Below are positions 1 to 11,731 of a stretch of DNA of 64,000 bases, in pieces. How positions within the stretch are numbered: the stretch's first letter is position 1; every line of letters starts with the position of its first letter. The notes beneath the pieces are model-generated. The model ran no database searches. It was not told the DNA's origin and saw nothing but the letters and a program-made list of their open reading frames with translations. The DNA is from Dipteris shenzhenensis (Eukaryota): NCBI GenBank assembly GCA_047967505.1, contig CM106538.1. One strand, written 5' to 3'. A program made the translations under genes and the position numbers.

Positions 1-490
1 ACTGGTACATGACTCCAACATAACAATAATCCAACTAATACTGCCTCCGGTGCAAGGTCTGCTTCCCTGCATGGGCCCCTGTATCGTAGAGCTAGATAGC
101 CCCCTTTGAAGCCCCCTCTCGAGTCCAAACTGGTACACTGTCGCCAGATCGATGAACTGTAGTGCTCCAATGACAACGGGCTGATAACAGCTCACAAGGA
201 TCAATCAACTGTGTCCGGGTTCTTGCACTGGCAATCTACTAACCCATATGGATCTCCAACAGCATCAGACAATAGCCGCAGCAGAACACTAGGAGACCCC
301 CTCTGGATCTGTCACGTCATAACCTCTAAACAAAATAGAAATTGGTAACATACTGCCACCTGAGTCAGCAGGAACAATTCCACGTGGCTCGAGGTCTGCA
401 TGAAAGCCTACCTCGATAAATGACTCCCTACTCGATGCACCTGATCCGCAGGCCCCGCTGCCACAAACAAGCAAGCAATCCTCCCTTTGG
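1..490. repeat. Left arm of a diverged inverted repeat; partner at about 1775-2250; probably retroelement-derived
   Basis: ORFs 289..474(-) and 1776..1973(+) are homologous (ESFIE.GF.ADLEPRG.VPAD.GGS...PEGVS), and 1-75 is the diverged reverse complement of about 2165-2250. Confidence 0.8.
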
Positions 491-644
491 ATCCGGAAAG
501 CTTGCTAGAAGCACCTAAAAGTGCAACTAAAAGGCTAAGTATACGTGGTCGTAAAAGTCACACTATTGGCCACCTGGTTACTGGATTGTGGTGGAGGGGG
601 GATCGGTCTACTCTTTGCGTGTTGGGTCTCACACTCTTTGCTCT

Positions 645-873
645 AGAGGGGGGTGTTGGAGATATCATAGCCAAAGAGTGTGTTGGTAATGTGTGTTAGA
701 GTGTAGTCTTAGGTGATCTAGTACTAGTTCATATGTGTGAGTGCCACGTGTCATTATGGGTCTTAGCCCATATGCACTAGGTGCCAGTGTGTTAGTGAGT
801 AGCTATATAAGGCTTGTACTTCACTTATCTTGTCATACTTGATGAATGAATGAAAGCCTATATGGATTCTACA
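645..873 (+). mobile_element. Polypurine tract plus short LTR-like sequence (copia-type)
   Basis: agagggggg followed by TGTTGG at 654; internal ctatataa; ends CTACA at 873. Confidence 0.55.
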
Positions 874-1212
874 TTTGTCTACCATTTCTTCCCTCCCTAG
901 CCTGTGTCTCTCTCTCAGTCACACCATGTTTCTAGCAGTAGTCACTAAGTGAGTTAAGGGCACTTACCCTCATTAGAGGTTTTTTCCCCTAACCACAGTT
1001 AAGATTGTTAACTACGGTTAGTGAATAGGTTTAGGTTTTGTCACTTGGACAAAACCTTCACCTCTTGTATGTTTTGGCTATCTCTTCTATTCTACGTTTG
1101 TGGCTTGCTCTCTATCTCTCCTTTTGTTCACAGCTTTCTCCTTTCTTCAACCCTCAGTTCCCTTCTATCCCATCCATCTTCTCTTTCAGTTCATCATCCT
1201 CTTCACTCCGAC

Positions 1213-1620
1213 ATGGCAACTCTGTCCGAGATGGCAGAGAACAAGACAGTGTTGCCTACATTCCTAGTTGACCGGCAGTTGAATGGGCTCAATTACGGCA
1301 TCTGGCCAGTGATGATGGAGTCTGTGTTATAGCCATAGAACATGGCATATTTCATCTTGATAGGTGTTGCCCGACCAGACCCCTTGGCGAAAGACCTTAG
1401 CATCCTTGAGCAGGAGGCCGAGACCCTATCTCAGCTCTTGGACCATGTTAATGCCAATGTAAGATCATTTATATTTCTTAACTGTACTCCTTAGGTGATT
1501 AATCACGTGAAGCACATGACAGTGGCCACAAGTATATGGAAGCATTTGGCGTCCATGTATAATCAAACCTCTCCCATGAAGAGGGTGTCATTGGAGGTCC
1601 AGATGAGGTTGTTGGATCCG
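1213..1620 (+). pseudogene. Degenerate Ty1/copia gag N-terminal fragment
   Basis: LNGLNYGIW..MMESVL and IWKHLASMYNQTS resemble the gag of the copia at 18400-19080 ([19 protein letters not shown]); stop codons present. A PPT plus TGTTAG follows at 2464-2478. Confidence 0.7.
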
Positions 1621-2492
1621 AAGGGCCAGAAAGGTTATTATTGGTGTCAGTGTCCCCAAAGGAACGCAGAGGGGTCAAGTAACCAGCTGGCCAATAGTGT
1701 TATTGCTGTGACCACATATACTCCAGCCTTCTAGTAGCACAAGGCAAGCACTGCCAGCAGGCTTTCCGTATCCAGATGGAGGATTGCTTGCATGTCTGCG
1801 GCAGGTGGACCTGCCGATCAGATGCACCGAGCAAGGAGTCATTTATCGAGACAGGCTTTCAAGCGGACCTTGAGCCACGAGGAGTAGTTCCCGCTGACTT
1901 AGGTGGCAGTTTGTTACTAGTTTCTATTTTGTTTGGACGTTATGACCTGGCAAATCCAGAGGGGGTCTCCTAGTGTTCTGCTGCAGCATTTATCTGATGC
2001 TGTTGGATGGGTCAATAGATTGCCAGTGTGGGAACCCAGACACAGCTGATTTATCCTTGTGAGTTGTTATATGCTCGTTGTAATTGGGGCACAGAAGTTC
2101 ATTGATCTGGCGACAGTGTAACAGTTTGGACTTCAGAGGGGGCTATCTAGCTCTGAGATACAAGTGCCTATGCAGGGAAGCAGACCTTGCCCCGAAGCAG
2201 TATCAGTTGGATTATTGTTCCAGGATCCTCTGTTGGCATAATGTACCAGTACCAACACTTGGATTATTGTACCAAATGCAAACCAGAGGAGTGTACCTAG
2301 CACCTCCGGCCTGGGAGCAACAGTTCGAAATTTCCAATGATCATGCTTGGGCGATTCGTGCCACGATGGGTCTTCTTTAGTAGTGGAGCACCACCCGATG
2401 GATTCCTCCAGTTGTTCCAACGGCAGACCCAGCTCCTTGGCGTTTCTGTTCCATCCAGGAGTTGAGAGGGGGTGTTAGAGGTCAACATCTCT

Positions 2493-3009
2493 TGATGTCA
2501 CTGTATAGAGAGAGGGCCTTGCTTGTGGGTGTGCCCGCCCTGTCTGAGGATAGCGTAGAGAGTGAGGGCCTGTGATGTGGGTATGCCCGCCCCTCTTGCG
2601 AGGCATAGGTAGAGTAGGGTTTGGCAAGATGCTCAGTGCGGGCGGGCGTGCTAGCCATGTGGAGGCTGTTCAGCGCCTTGCTGAGGCCTGCTTTGCTGCC
2701 GCGTGGCAGTCCCTTTGGAGGCGCCTAGGGAGTCGTCTCCCTTGTGAGCAGGTAGGCTGGAGGTCATAGAGGACAGCCCCTTCAGCTGGCTGGTGCAGCT
2801 CCCTTTGGAGGGCCAAGGGCAGTCGGCCCTAGAGCCTAGCCTGTCGGCTGGCTGGCCCATGCAATAGGGCCTTGTACCGCCCTTTATAGAGGCCTGTTTG
2901 GGTTGGCCCCTAGGGTTGTGAGTCGACCCTGAAGGCAGCAGCTCGGCCCAGCCCCTTGCTGGCCGATAGGGGCTATTTATAGGGCCCCCCCTCAGCCCTC
3001 ATTTCATCA
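2493..3009 (-). mobile_element. Probable solo LTR, about 517 bp
   Basis: TGATG...CATCA inverted termini; flanks tctct/tctca (4 of 5 TSD match); ctataaatag TATA box on the minus strand near 2975. Confidence 0.7.
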
Positions 3010-3129
3010 TCTCACTGTTGAGGCCTGACAGAAGTGCAGAGCCAGCCCAGTGAGCACTTGAGGAGCAGGGCGGTGAAGCAATCCATATCCACTCATGCTC
3101 CCTTCCACTTGGTTGTTGAGCTGTTTGTT

Positions 3130-5145
3130 CCAAGCTCTCGAGCAGCCCATTGGTTCCGAGGTTTTCCCCCAGATGTAGCGGAGTTTACTCCAAAGATTAC
3201 TTGCAGTTCTCAAGTGCCTTTCTCTCCTTCTTAGTCTGGTGTGTGTGTGAGGCATGCTGTCTCTCACCGACACTCTTTGAGCTTTACATTGATGTGATCA
3301 ATTCCTTCATAGACCGCCTGGGAGGCAAAGGATCACTACTGACCGAACTCATGATACAGATATTACTATATGCCGATGACGTAGTCCTTATCTCATCCTC
3401 AGGAGAGAGACCTCACATGCAATACTCCGTTGACTCAGCTTCAGTTATCGAGATGAGCTAGTAGAGATAGTGCAGTCCTGCACCTATCTAGGAGTAGTCT
3501 TCTCAAGACCCCTCTTCACTATGACACATGTAGCCCATACATGACTCACACGGGGGCGAGGTAATCTAGCCCGATTGGAAAGACAGTGCTTCTAGGCACA
3601 CTTTTAGGATCAACCGACGAAGTGCTGGCTCTTCGATACGCTAGTGCGGCTGACTGCCATGTATGCAGTACCCTTCTGGGGATGTGACCTAGTGATAGCA
3701 GAGTGGAGGAGATTCGAGTGGCTACAGGTGACTATGGGACCTAGGATGATTTGGAGCAAGCCCTCAGTCCTTCATGAGATAGTACAGACATAGTTCGCCA
3801 TGACAACACTTCAGATTGATGCCATCTTCCAAACAGTGACATTCATTCACAGAGTTTGGGACTTACCTCAATGGAGACTATCAGGCTGTCTCTGGAGTCA
3901 TCCAGTCGAGTAGTTGAGAGCGGGGCGGACACATGGTATGCACGTATATCCACCTGGTTTGCCAGACACAGGATTCAGATGGACAAGCTCCCTCCCTTTC
4001 AGTACATTATGGGTGCACCCCCTGAGTCGATCCCACGAGATGAGATTACCCGTATCATACGGTTAGACCTACTCCATCTCAGGCTTGGAGGGTACATCAG
4101 AAGCTCCCCACCAAGACCCAAATCTACCATGACCCTTTCCTGAGAGTCTCGAAGGAGGGATTCATTGTCAGACCCCAGTATCTAGAGGATAGAGTAGTCT
4201 CACACGCACTGAGGATCACAATTGGGCAGCTGCGGTTTCATCCCATGAGCTTAGGATTGAGACATGGAGAGCAGCACGTATACCTAGATAGCAATGAATC
4301 TGCATGCTATGCATCCTAGGAGAGATTGACACAGAGGAGCACTTTCTTTGCACCTGCCCAGCCTACTACGAGATCTGAGTGCGATACCACTATCCCTATC
4401 AGGATGGGAGTGGGTTCGGCCCACTATCACAACTGATCCAGAATTCCATGACTAGGTTTGCATTAGGCTTTATCTGCTTGAGATGTGCCGACACAGGGAG
4501 ACCCTGCTACGAGAGATCAGGGAGCAGCAACAGACCATAAGTTACAGAGGCTGACCAAACACAGCGGCATGTCACAAATTTCTTTGCATTTGAGTCAGCT
4601 CCAGGACACAGTGGGGTAGAGGAGGACGAGCTAGCTGATATGCGAGCAGTATGGATTGCCGAGAGAGGACTACAGAGGCTACCCGTGGCACGGAGAGCGA
4701 CCAGAGCACACTCGATTGAGGTCCGACCTATAACAGCTTTCCTTAGAGGAGACCGCCCGAGACGAGGGGTCACTCTGAACATAGCTCAGTGGGTTCAGAG
4801 ATCGAGGAGACCATGTCCCCCTCTGCCATCACAGCATGAGACGGCCAGATAGACCTAGATCCAAGACATTTTCGCCACTCATAGACGAGACACCACAGTG
4901 CCACGTTTCGGATTCTGAGTTCTAGTCCTAGTTCAAGCTCTCTTCCTACCATCAGATAGTACATAGTATTTGATTTTGCTTGAGCTATCGAGCTCTTTAT
5001 TTCAGCATAGTACTCAGCAAGGGCCTTAGTGCGCCCTTCGCTCTAGCCCTTTGTGGCTTGTATGAGTTTTTTTCCCTTTTGGTGTTTTTTGCACTTTGTC
5101 CCATAGGCCCATGAGGCCATCCACGGACGTTAATATTTATTTATT
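3130..5145 (+). mobile_element. 5'-truncated RTE/RTE-X-like LINE, family B: RT C-half, Cys/His domain, 3' UTR
   Basis: CLSPTLFELYID...LLYADDVVL; ICMLC..GEIDTEEHFLCTCPAYYEI; ends in (TTTA)n next to (CT)n. Confidence 0.85.
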
Positions 5146-5239
5146 TCTCTCTCTCTCTCCTCTATTAAATTCTGCTGCACTTCTAGTTATTTAGAGTACC
5201 TACATATTTAACTAGAAAAAACATAATAAGCCATATATT

Positions 5240-7060
5240 AGTTTAAGACTCAAAGTCTTTTGGTTGTACAAAGCAAGTGAGCCTTCCAGATGACGGCCAT
5301 CTAAGAAGGCCATTATATAAAATCAGGTTGTGCATTGCTCCCATCTCCCGTAGGTGTTGACCATATCCTGTGACTTGTGCATCCTCTGAGTGTCCCACTA
5401 AACCAAGCTCTGCTAGGTCAATCTCTAATAGGGCCGTCTCCAAAGTCAAGCAAGTTGACTTGTTTGCTCCCTATTCTTGCATTGAAGTCACCTAAAAGGA
5501 GGATCTCCCCTTGCATAGAGAACTCCGTAATGTCATCATATATCTCATATGGGATGTGCCCCTCTGTGGTGACCTCACGGGCATATGATGATGTATCTAG
5601 AGGAAAGTAGCACACTCCAATGAAAATGGCCCTTGCATCTTGTGGCTGCAACCAAACCCACATGTGACATGCATGTTCCTCTCGACGCATCACATATATG
5701 AGCGGTCGTAAATGTGATTTAAAGAGGATAGCTACACCCCCAAAGCCTCGGACTCCAGTGTCTCTCCTCAAATGTCTTCATGTAGGCTCATTCTCACGTG
5801 TACCCTGTTACTACAGGTAGCCCTATCTTTGGGCTCTTGTATATCTCTGTATAGAAACTGATGTCTCTATCAATGTATGTCTCTGAAAATCTCTGAAAAG
5901 CCTCTCCGATTTAACCAAAGAGTGCCATTATTACAATTCCATAAAGCTATCTTTACTCAGCTCTACAGCACAATCGTATCAGTCCAACACTGTCATGTGT
6001 CGCCTGCATCCCTATCTTCCCTTGCCTCCCTTGCTACTCCCCTACATGTTTAGGGTTGGAGCGCGACCAACAAGGGTCACAGTGGCCTTGGTTAGACGAA
6101 AAGCTACGACCAAGAGACGTACCAAGACTGCACCCTTGAGGGGGCGACATCGTTCTATTGCTGACCTCATGCCTCCACTTCCACAACCCCATTCAGCCTG
6201 ATGTCCCTTTCTTTCTCATACTCATAAAAGTAGATCTATCTGCTGCTCCCCTGAATATCACTATTATAGGTCTAGACAGTCGATCATCCTTGCCTATTTT
6301 CCATGCCCCTTCAAAGGTGAGATTGATGCCCATTTTGGTGATCAATGGCTTGGCATCTGCCATCGGAGTGTCATCCAATGGTAGGCCTCTAACCAGGACA
6401 TTCAGTGATTTGAGGTGTCCCCTTTTCTCCTCCTCTAATGCATCAGAGATAATCTACTTTTTTTGGAGCTGATTTGCCTTTCTTGACCACTTAGTCCACT
6501 CTTTCATTTTTGCCCGCCCTTCATTAATTTGCTGAGAGAGTTCTTTGTGTTTCCCTTGCATGGTGGCTTGTAGGGCTGCCATATTCTTCTTGAGTTTGAT
6601 ATTCTCTGCTTTGAATTCCTCCAAATCTTTACAAGCATTATTCTTCTTCCCCTCTAGCGCTAGCATTGAGAAAAATGCAAAGAGGGGTACATTATTATTC
6701 TCTCATCCACAATTGTTTGCCTATATTCTCAAAATTGCTAGTAGGTGACCTTTTTCTGCATGTACACTCTGAATTGACCTCATAATAGATGTTACAACTT
6801 GATTGCTATCATGTAACCTGCATCTTTCCTATTTGAACCCCCAATTGCACTTGCATTTCAATCTTCCATTTTCCCATCTCCTCTTCCATGGAGGCACGCA
6901 ACTTATGCATAGTCTCTTCATTGTTTTCCTTCATCCTTTTCTGCAAGCATTCAATCTCTGCATCCTGCCTTTTTTGGACATCTTTCAAAGTGGTGAAGCA
7001 TGATTTGATGTACTGGTCGCTGCCTTTCTGATCATTAATCTTTTGAATGCCCATCCATAT
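5240..7060 (-). mobile_element. 3'-truncated LINE: coiled-coil ORF1 and AP endonuclease, degenerate
   Basis: GGVAILFK...FIGVCYFP...EILLLGDFNARIG (5418-5771); coiled-coil ORFs 6454-7054; GAWKIG...RPIIVIF. GC-rich 7337-7790 may be its 5' UTR. Confidence 0.8.
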
Positions 7061-7824
7061 AGTGCTGTACTTTCTTTCCTTCTCTCCTTTAGTCTTTTTC
7101 TCAAATGAGCTGTCTATTTTTCACAAATTCCCTGGTTTTTCCTTTGGAGAGAGATAGAAAACGAGTGCATTTGTATATGCTTACAGCCCGTGGGTGGTCC
7201 TCAGGTGGTCTTCAATCGGACTGGTACCCTCCTGCACCCTTTCATTGATACATAAGTAAACGACTTTCCTATTTGCTCTGTAATCTGATGTACTGGTTGT
7301 TTTCTTGCAGATACAAATGTTGCTGAGGTTCCCTGGTCAGAGCAGAGGCTGAGGGGCTATAGATGCTGGTGGAGGGGGGGTGTAGATATAAAGTTGAGGC
7401 TTGGAGGCAGTCTGGAGTAGGGTCACAAGCCCTTGGGGGGAAGGTGGAGGGCTGGAGCGGCCCCCCCAGCTGTTTGTGCTGCTGCTAGGGGGCCACGGGA
7501 GGTCACGAAAGCCTGTAAGGGTGGGCGGAACCCCCCGCAATGGAACTGCAGGGGCGGGGTACTGATGGCGGCCTGGGGGTGGGTCTGGAGCAGCCCCATA
7601 CGGTTGGTTCTTGGCAGCAGCAGCAGCCCACAAAGGGCTGGGAGGTAGGTGCAGGGGGCCTAGAGGCCCGTGCAGCAGTATGGGGGCTGGGAGGTAGGCG
7701 CAGCAGCCGCTTCTGCTGGCGCAAACAGCTCAAGACAGCAGGGAAGCCCACGGCAACCTGAGGGACAGCCCCAGTGACCTGAGTTACAGCCCAAGGGAAT
7801 ATGAGGGAAGCAAACCGCGAGAGA

Positions 7825-10710
7825 GAAAGAAGGAAAGAAAGAAAGAAATTTTATTAAAGTCTTCCGAAGACCGATGGGTCTATGAGACTGTGAAACCCTG
7901 GTACAATCAAGCTGTGAGGGTAGAGCTACTAAATGAGCATCCACACCAATGCATAATGTAAAAATAATGCAAAATGATAGTTCTAAGTACTAAGTACAAC
8001 ATGGTCATGTCGGTGATTGAACTACAAATCAGTCGCATCATCATCATCCTCCGCATCCTCATCAGGACATCGGAGGTGGATGAGGCACTGGAGGCAGGAA
8101 ATCGGCAATACAATGATGTCGGCCACTCGAGGGTGCGGTCCTGTGACGTCTCCTAGTCATAGCTCTACGCCTAACAAGGGCTACATTAACCCCTGTTGGA
8201 CGGGCTCCGATGGTGAACATGGAGGCGATTTCCCCGAGTGTAATTTGTGCGTCTACCCTCTGTTTGAACTGTTGAGTCACTCGCTCTGAGTACCGACAAT
8301 CATGTTGAGGTCTCATCTCGGGGGGGTCCAAGAAATCTGGTTGAAAGAACTCTGTGATAGAGCTTTGGGAGGGGTCTACCAAGGAAGAAGTCTGCTCTTG
8401 TCTCTGTGATCGAAGTATCTTCTCGCGGTGCCTAACTGCCCCATGAATGAAGCTTGCCAAGCATCTTTGATCTGGATAGGAGAGGAATCGGGACAGGGCC
8501 CCATAACTATCTCTGAAGAGGCAGTAGAAACGCCCGCGGATCTCATAATAGATGGGACACCTGAAGATGAAGTGCTCCTTTGTGTCAACCTCCTGCATAT
8601 CGCATAATGTGCATAAGCGCCTCTCCCTAGGTAGACGCTCTGCCCTGCCGCTCTCTATACGAAGTCTGTGAAGAGACCCGGAAGTGCCCAATAGAGATCC
8701 TCAATGAGTGGGGTACATGGATCCGCGTGTACCCTGGTGGATCAATGAAATCCTCATCTGTGATATGTAAGCAATGATCTCTGTAGAAGCTAAGCTTCAC
8801 TAGGAGTTCGCTCAGTGCCAACCAACTCTGGAATGTGCATAGCTATAAGAGATCCTCACGGATCACCTGGTTGACATCATGTGACATGAGGGGGGAGAAA
8901 GGAGCATGGCAGTAGAATGGAATCCTCCCTGAAGTCAAGAAGTGGTACTTGACGGGCGCCTGTCCTCGCGTTGAAGTCTCCAACTAGGAGGACTTCTCCG
9001 CAGCTCAAGAAATCAACAATGGACTGATATAGGACTGCAAATGGAGATATCTCAGTCTCATCTTAGATATCCCTCGCAAAGTGAGGGAAGTAGCATACTG
9101 CAACAAACAGATCCGTGCTGTCCACGTGTCGAATACGGATCCAAAGAAATCTGGAATGATTCTCTCTCTGCTCTATCGAAATGGTTTCCGAAAGGGTGGA
9201 TCTGTAGAGAACTGCTACCTCTCCTGATCCATGTACCCCCCCTATGTCCCTAGTCTCATCTTTGTAGGCAGACTCCCATGTGTACCCACTAACTACTGGT
9301 AAGGGACACTCTGGACTTTGATGTGTCTCCATGTAAAAGGCTATGTCGCGGCCAGTATAGGATTCAAGAAATTCCCTAGTTCTGACCATAAGGTACCATT
9401 ACAGTTCCAAATGGTGCAGGACGGAAAACTGAGTCTCATGACCCCGCCTCCATATGCGGAAAGGGGGGGGATGCTCGACGGGGGTCTATAAGAAGTTGTA
9501 CATCCCTAACTACTGCCCACTTCCCCTCCTTACGTGCCTGATCACGCTGCTGCAACAGGCAATGCTTCTCCTCAACCTGTAGAGGGGTAAGGTCCTCATC
9601 CATGGAGATCACCGAATGATCTTGTAGTACTGACCTACGTTGTAAAACTCAAAGTCGGGCCTAAGCGTCATGGAACTGTATGATCAGGGGCTACTCTTGG
9701 TTGGGGTCTCTCCCCACCCTCCATGCCCTCTTCATCCTGTGCTCAACTACACCCAAAGTAGTGGCCACGAAAGTCTCCTCGATCACAGATTGCATGCTCA
9801 CAATCTAGGCCTCTACTACCGGTGTACTCCCTGTAACTGTACGAGTCGAGAAGAACTCCTTCCTGAGCTGAACCATGTCCTGCCTCAGCACCTAGATGAT
9901 ACTGGCTTGCTCCTAGATATGTTGAGCCTACTCCTAAACCACTCTAGCCAAAACCTGAGTGAACCTAGCCTACCCCAGGGCGTAGTGTCAACTCCACCTC
10001 CCTGACTCGTATACTATGTACCTCCGTGAGTAAAGTCTCCTATCTGTCCGGTGGGTCGATGAGACCCTATCCTAGCTGAAACTGAAAGGACTAAGGTACA
10101 AAGGTAGGGGGGTGTGGCAAGATAGTGGGTGGTGGTCGTGCCATTTGAGCAAAGATGGCGGATACCTCACGTACAGATACAGGGGTCTCAATGGTCCCAA
10201 TCGGATAGGAGGTAGGGGGCTGAGTCGGTGAAGCAATCCCAGTGGTATGAGGGAGAGGTGGCTGGCTGAGAGGGAGAGGGGATGGGAAAGTCGAGAATAG
10301 TGGCCCTCCGTGCGTCACCTCCTATGGGGGTGACATGGGTGGTGGAGCGGCTGGGGTCTCCAGAGCAACAGGTGAGGAGGACCCAAACGAAACACTGTCT
10401 GTCACGGGAAGGGGTGTCGAAGCAGTGGATTTGATTGGCGTAGTCGAGGTTGAAGTTGACTTCAGTGGGAGGGCTGAAGCAGGCCCTCTAAGCGGAGGTG
10501 TAGATGTCGGTGGGACAACTCCTGTGGGAGCAGATATGGCTCTGGCTGATGATGATGATGATGACGATGACCCTTTATGGATCGCTCAGATGTCCACTCC
10601 AAGCCCACTCTGGTTGAGGCGTCTATTGACATCCTCAAGCTTCGCCTGCACTTGTTGAGGTTTGTCTTTTTCCTTCTTAGAATCTCTTCCCCTTGCCTCC
10701 TTTCCCATCG
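7825..10710 (-). mobile_element. RTE-X-like LINE family A, copy 1: ORF1, endonuclease N-half, internal deletion of RT, C-terminal Cys/His domain, (TTTC)n tail
   Basis: ORF1 ATG at 10708; TIWNCNG and [10 protein letters not shown] endonuclease motifs; LRIESGR...LCTLC...KEHFIFRCPIY; tail at about 7825-7848. Confidence 0.85.
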
Positions 10711-10920
10711 CATGTGGGAGTGGAGGAGATATACCTTTGTAAGACTAGAATAAGTCCAATCATACAAATTAAGATTTTTTGTTGTTCTAAAGACCACAAA
10801 TCTACACAGAAAATAAAAGGGAAAATGAAACAGAAGAAGAAGGAGGGGGGGGAAAAAAACTTTTATGAAAAACAAAAGGGAGTGGATGAGATAGGCTAGG
10901 ACAGATAGGAGTGGAGGAAA

Positions 10921-11320
10921 TACCTCAACAAGAGGTGTATTGCATTCACAACTTGTGCCAGTGACGCGCTGTCAGCTCAATGCAAGAATCCCCAAAATTG
11001 CTTAAGCATCACTTACTGTATTGCCCCTTTCCTGGCTACTACAGAAAGCACTCAAAATGCATCTGTTTTCTCCGCAAATCTGTGATTTTCTCTGATTTTT
11101 ATGTTGTTTTCTGACAGGTATAGATTGTCTCTGACAGACAGAAAATGACAGGTAACACCCCCCCTTTTCTTTTTTTTTTTTTTGGGGGGGGGGGTGTGGA
11201 GTAACTGGGTGAGTAACTATCTGGTTAGACTAACCAGACTGACTGGTTCTATTCTGGTTAGGTGACAGTCTAGTTAGCCTGTAACTGGCCTACTAACTAG
11301 AGTTAATTGACTCGGACTAA
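10921..11320 (-). repeat. Segment homologous to the internal 5' leader of the gypsy element (43281 to about 43700)
   Basis: Colinear similarity: tacctcaacaagaggtgt.ttgcatt.acaa...ctgtcagctcaa...cagaaagcactca.aatgcatctg...gcaaatct.tgatttt, then ACTAAC/GGTTAG-rich repeats. Confidence 0.85.
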
Positions 11321-11530
11321 CTAGTACTTTCAAGCAAACAAACTATTCCGAATTCAGAAGTAGTCACAATGACAATAAATAAGAGATCAAGATACAATCA
11401 AAGCAAAGGCATCCTAGTAAGCAAAGAGAATCTCACAATCTCTTTGGAAGTAAGAAAAACAATCTCTTTAGAGGTAACAAACACAAGCTTATGTTACGTT
11501 TTCAGAGCATTCTGGAATTAGTTTCCATAC

Positions 11531-11731
11531 CTTGCTACCTGGTGGTCTTCTTCCTCGTCTTAGGTGACCATCCCCTAAGCTTCCTCCATTGTAAAGCTCT
11601 TGTATAATGTCAAGTGCTACTGGTCGTTCCTCTCCAAATACACTATCCGATATCAAGGCAACCGGAGAGATGTCTGTCGCTCTTAGGAAAGGGATCGGCA
11701 CAGTGTTGCCAGCTGCATATACGGACAGCAA
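11531..11731 (-). CDS. SIK1: SIK1-like exon, conserved C-terminal domain
   Basis: 201 nt; [29 protein letters not shown]...[10 protein letters not shown], then donor gtatgg. The terminal exon expected from SIK1 orthologs was not found in 1-11530. Confidence 0.9.

Noticed and set aside
11489-11530. Stop at 11489 as the true end of the kinase
   Set aside because: A good donor (AAG|gtatgg) at 11530 sits where SIK1 homologs continue with further conserved sequence, so the tail VWKLIPECSENVT is probably intron read-through.
11700-11714. Alternative acceptor tgcag at 11713-11714
   Set aside because: It gives LATLCRSLS* and loses the conserved [16 protein letters not shown]; the acceptor at 11732-11733 preserves it.
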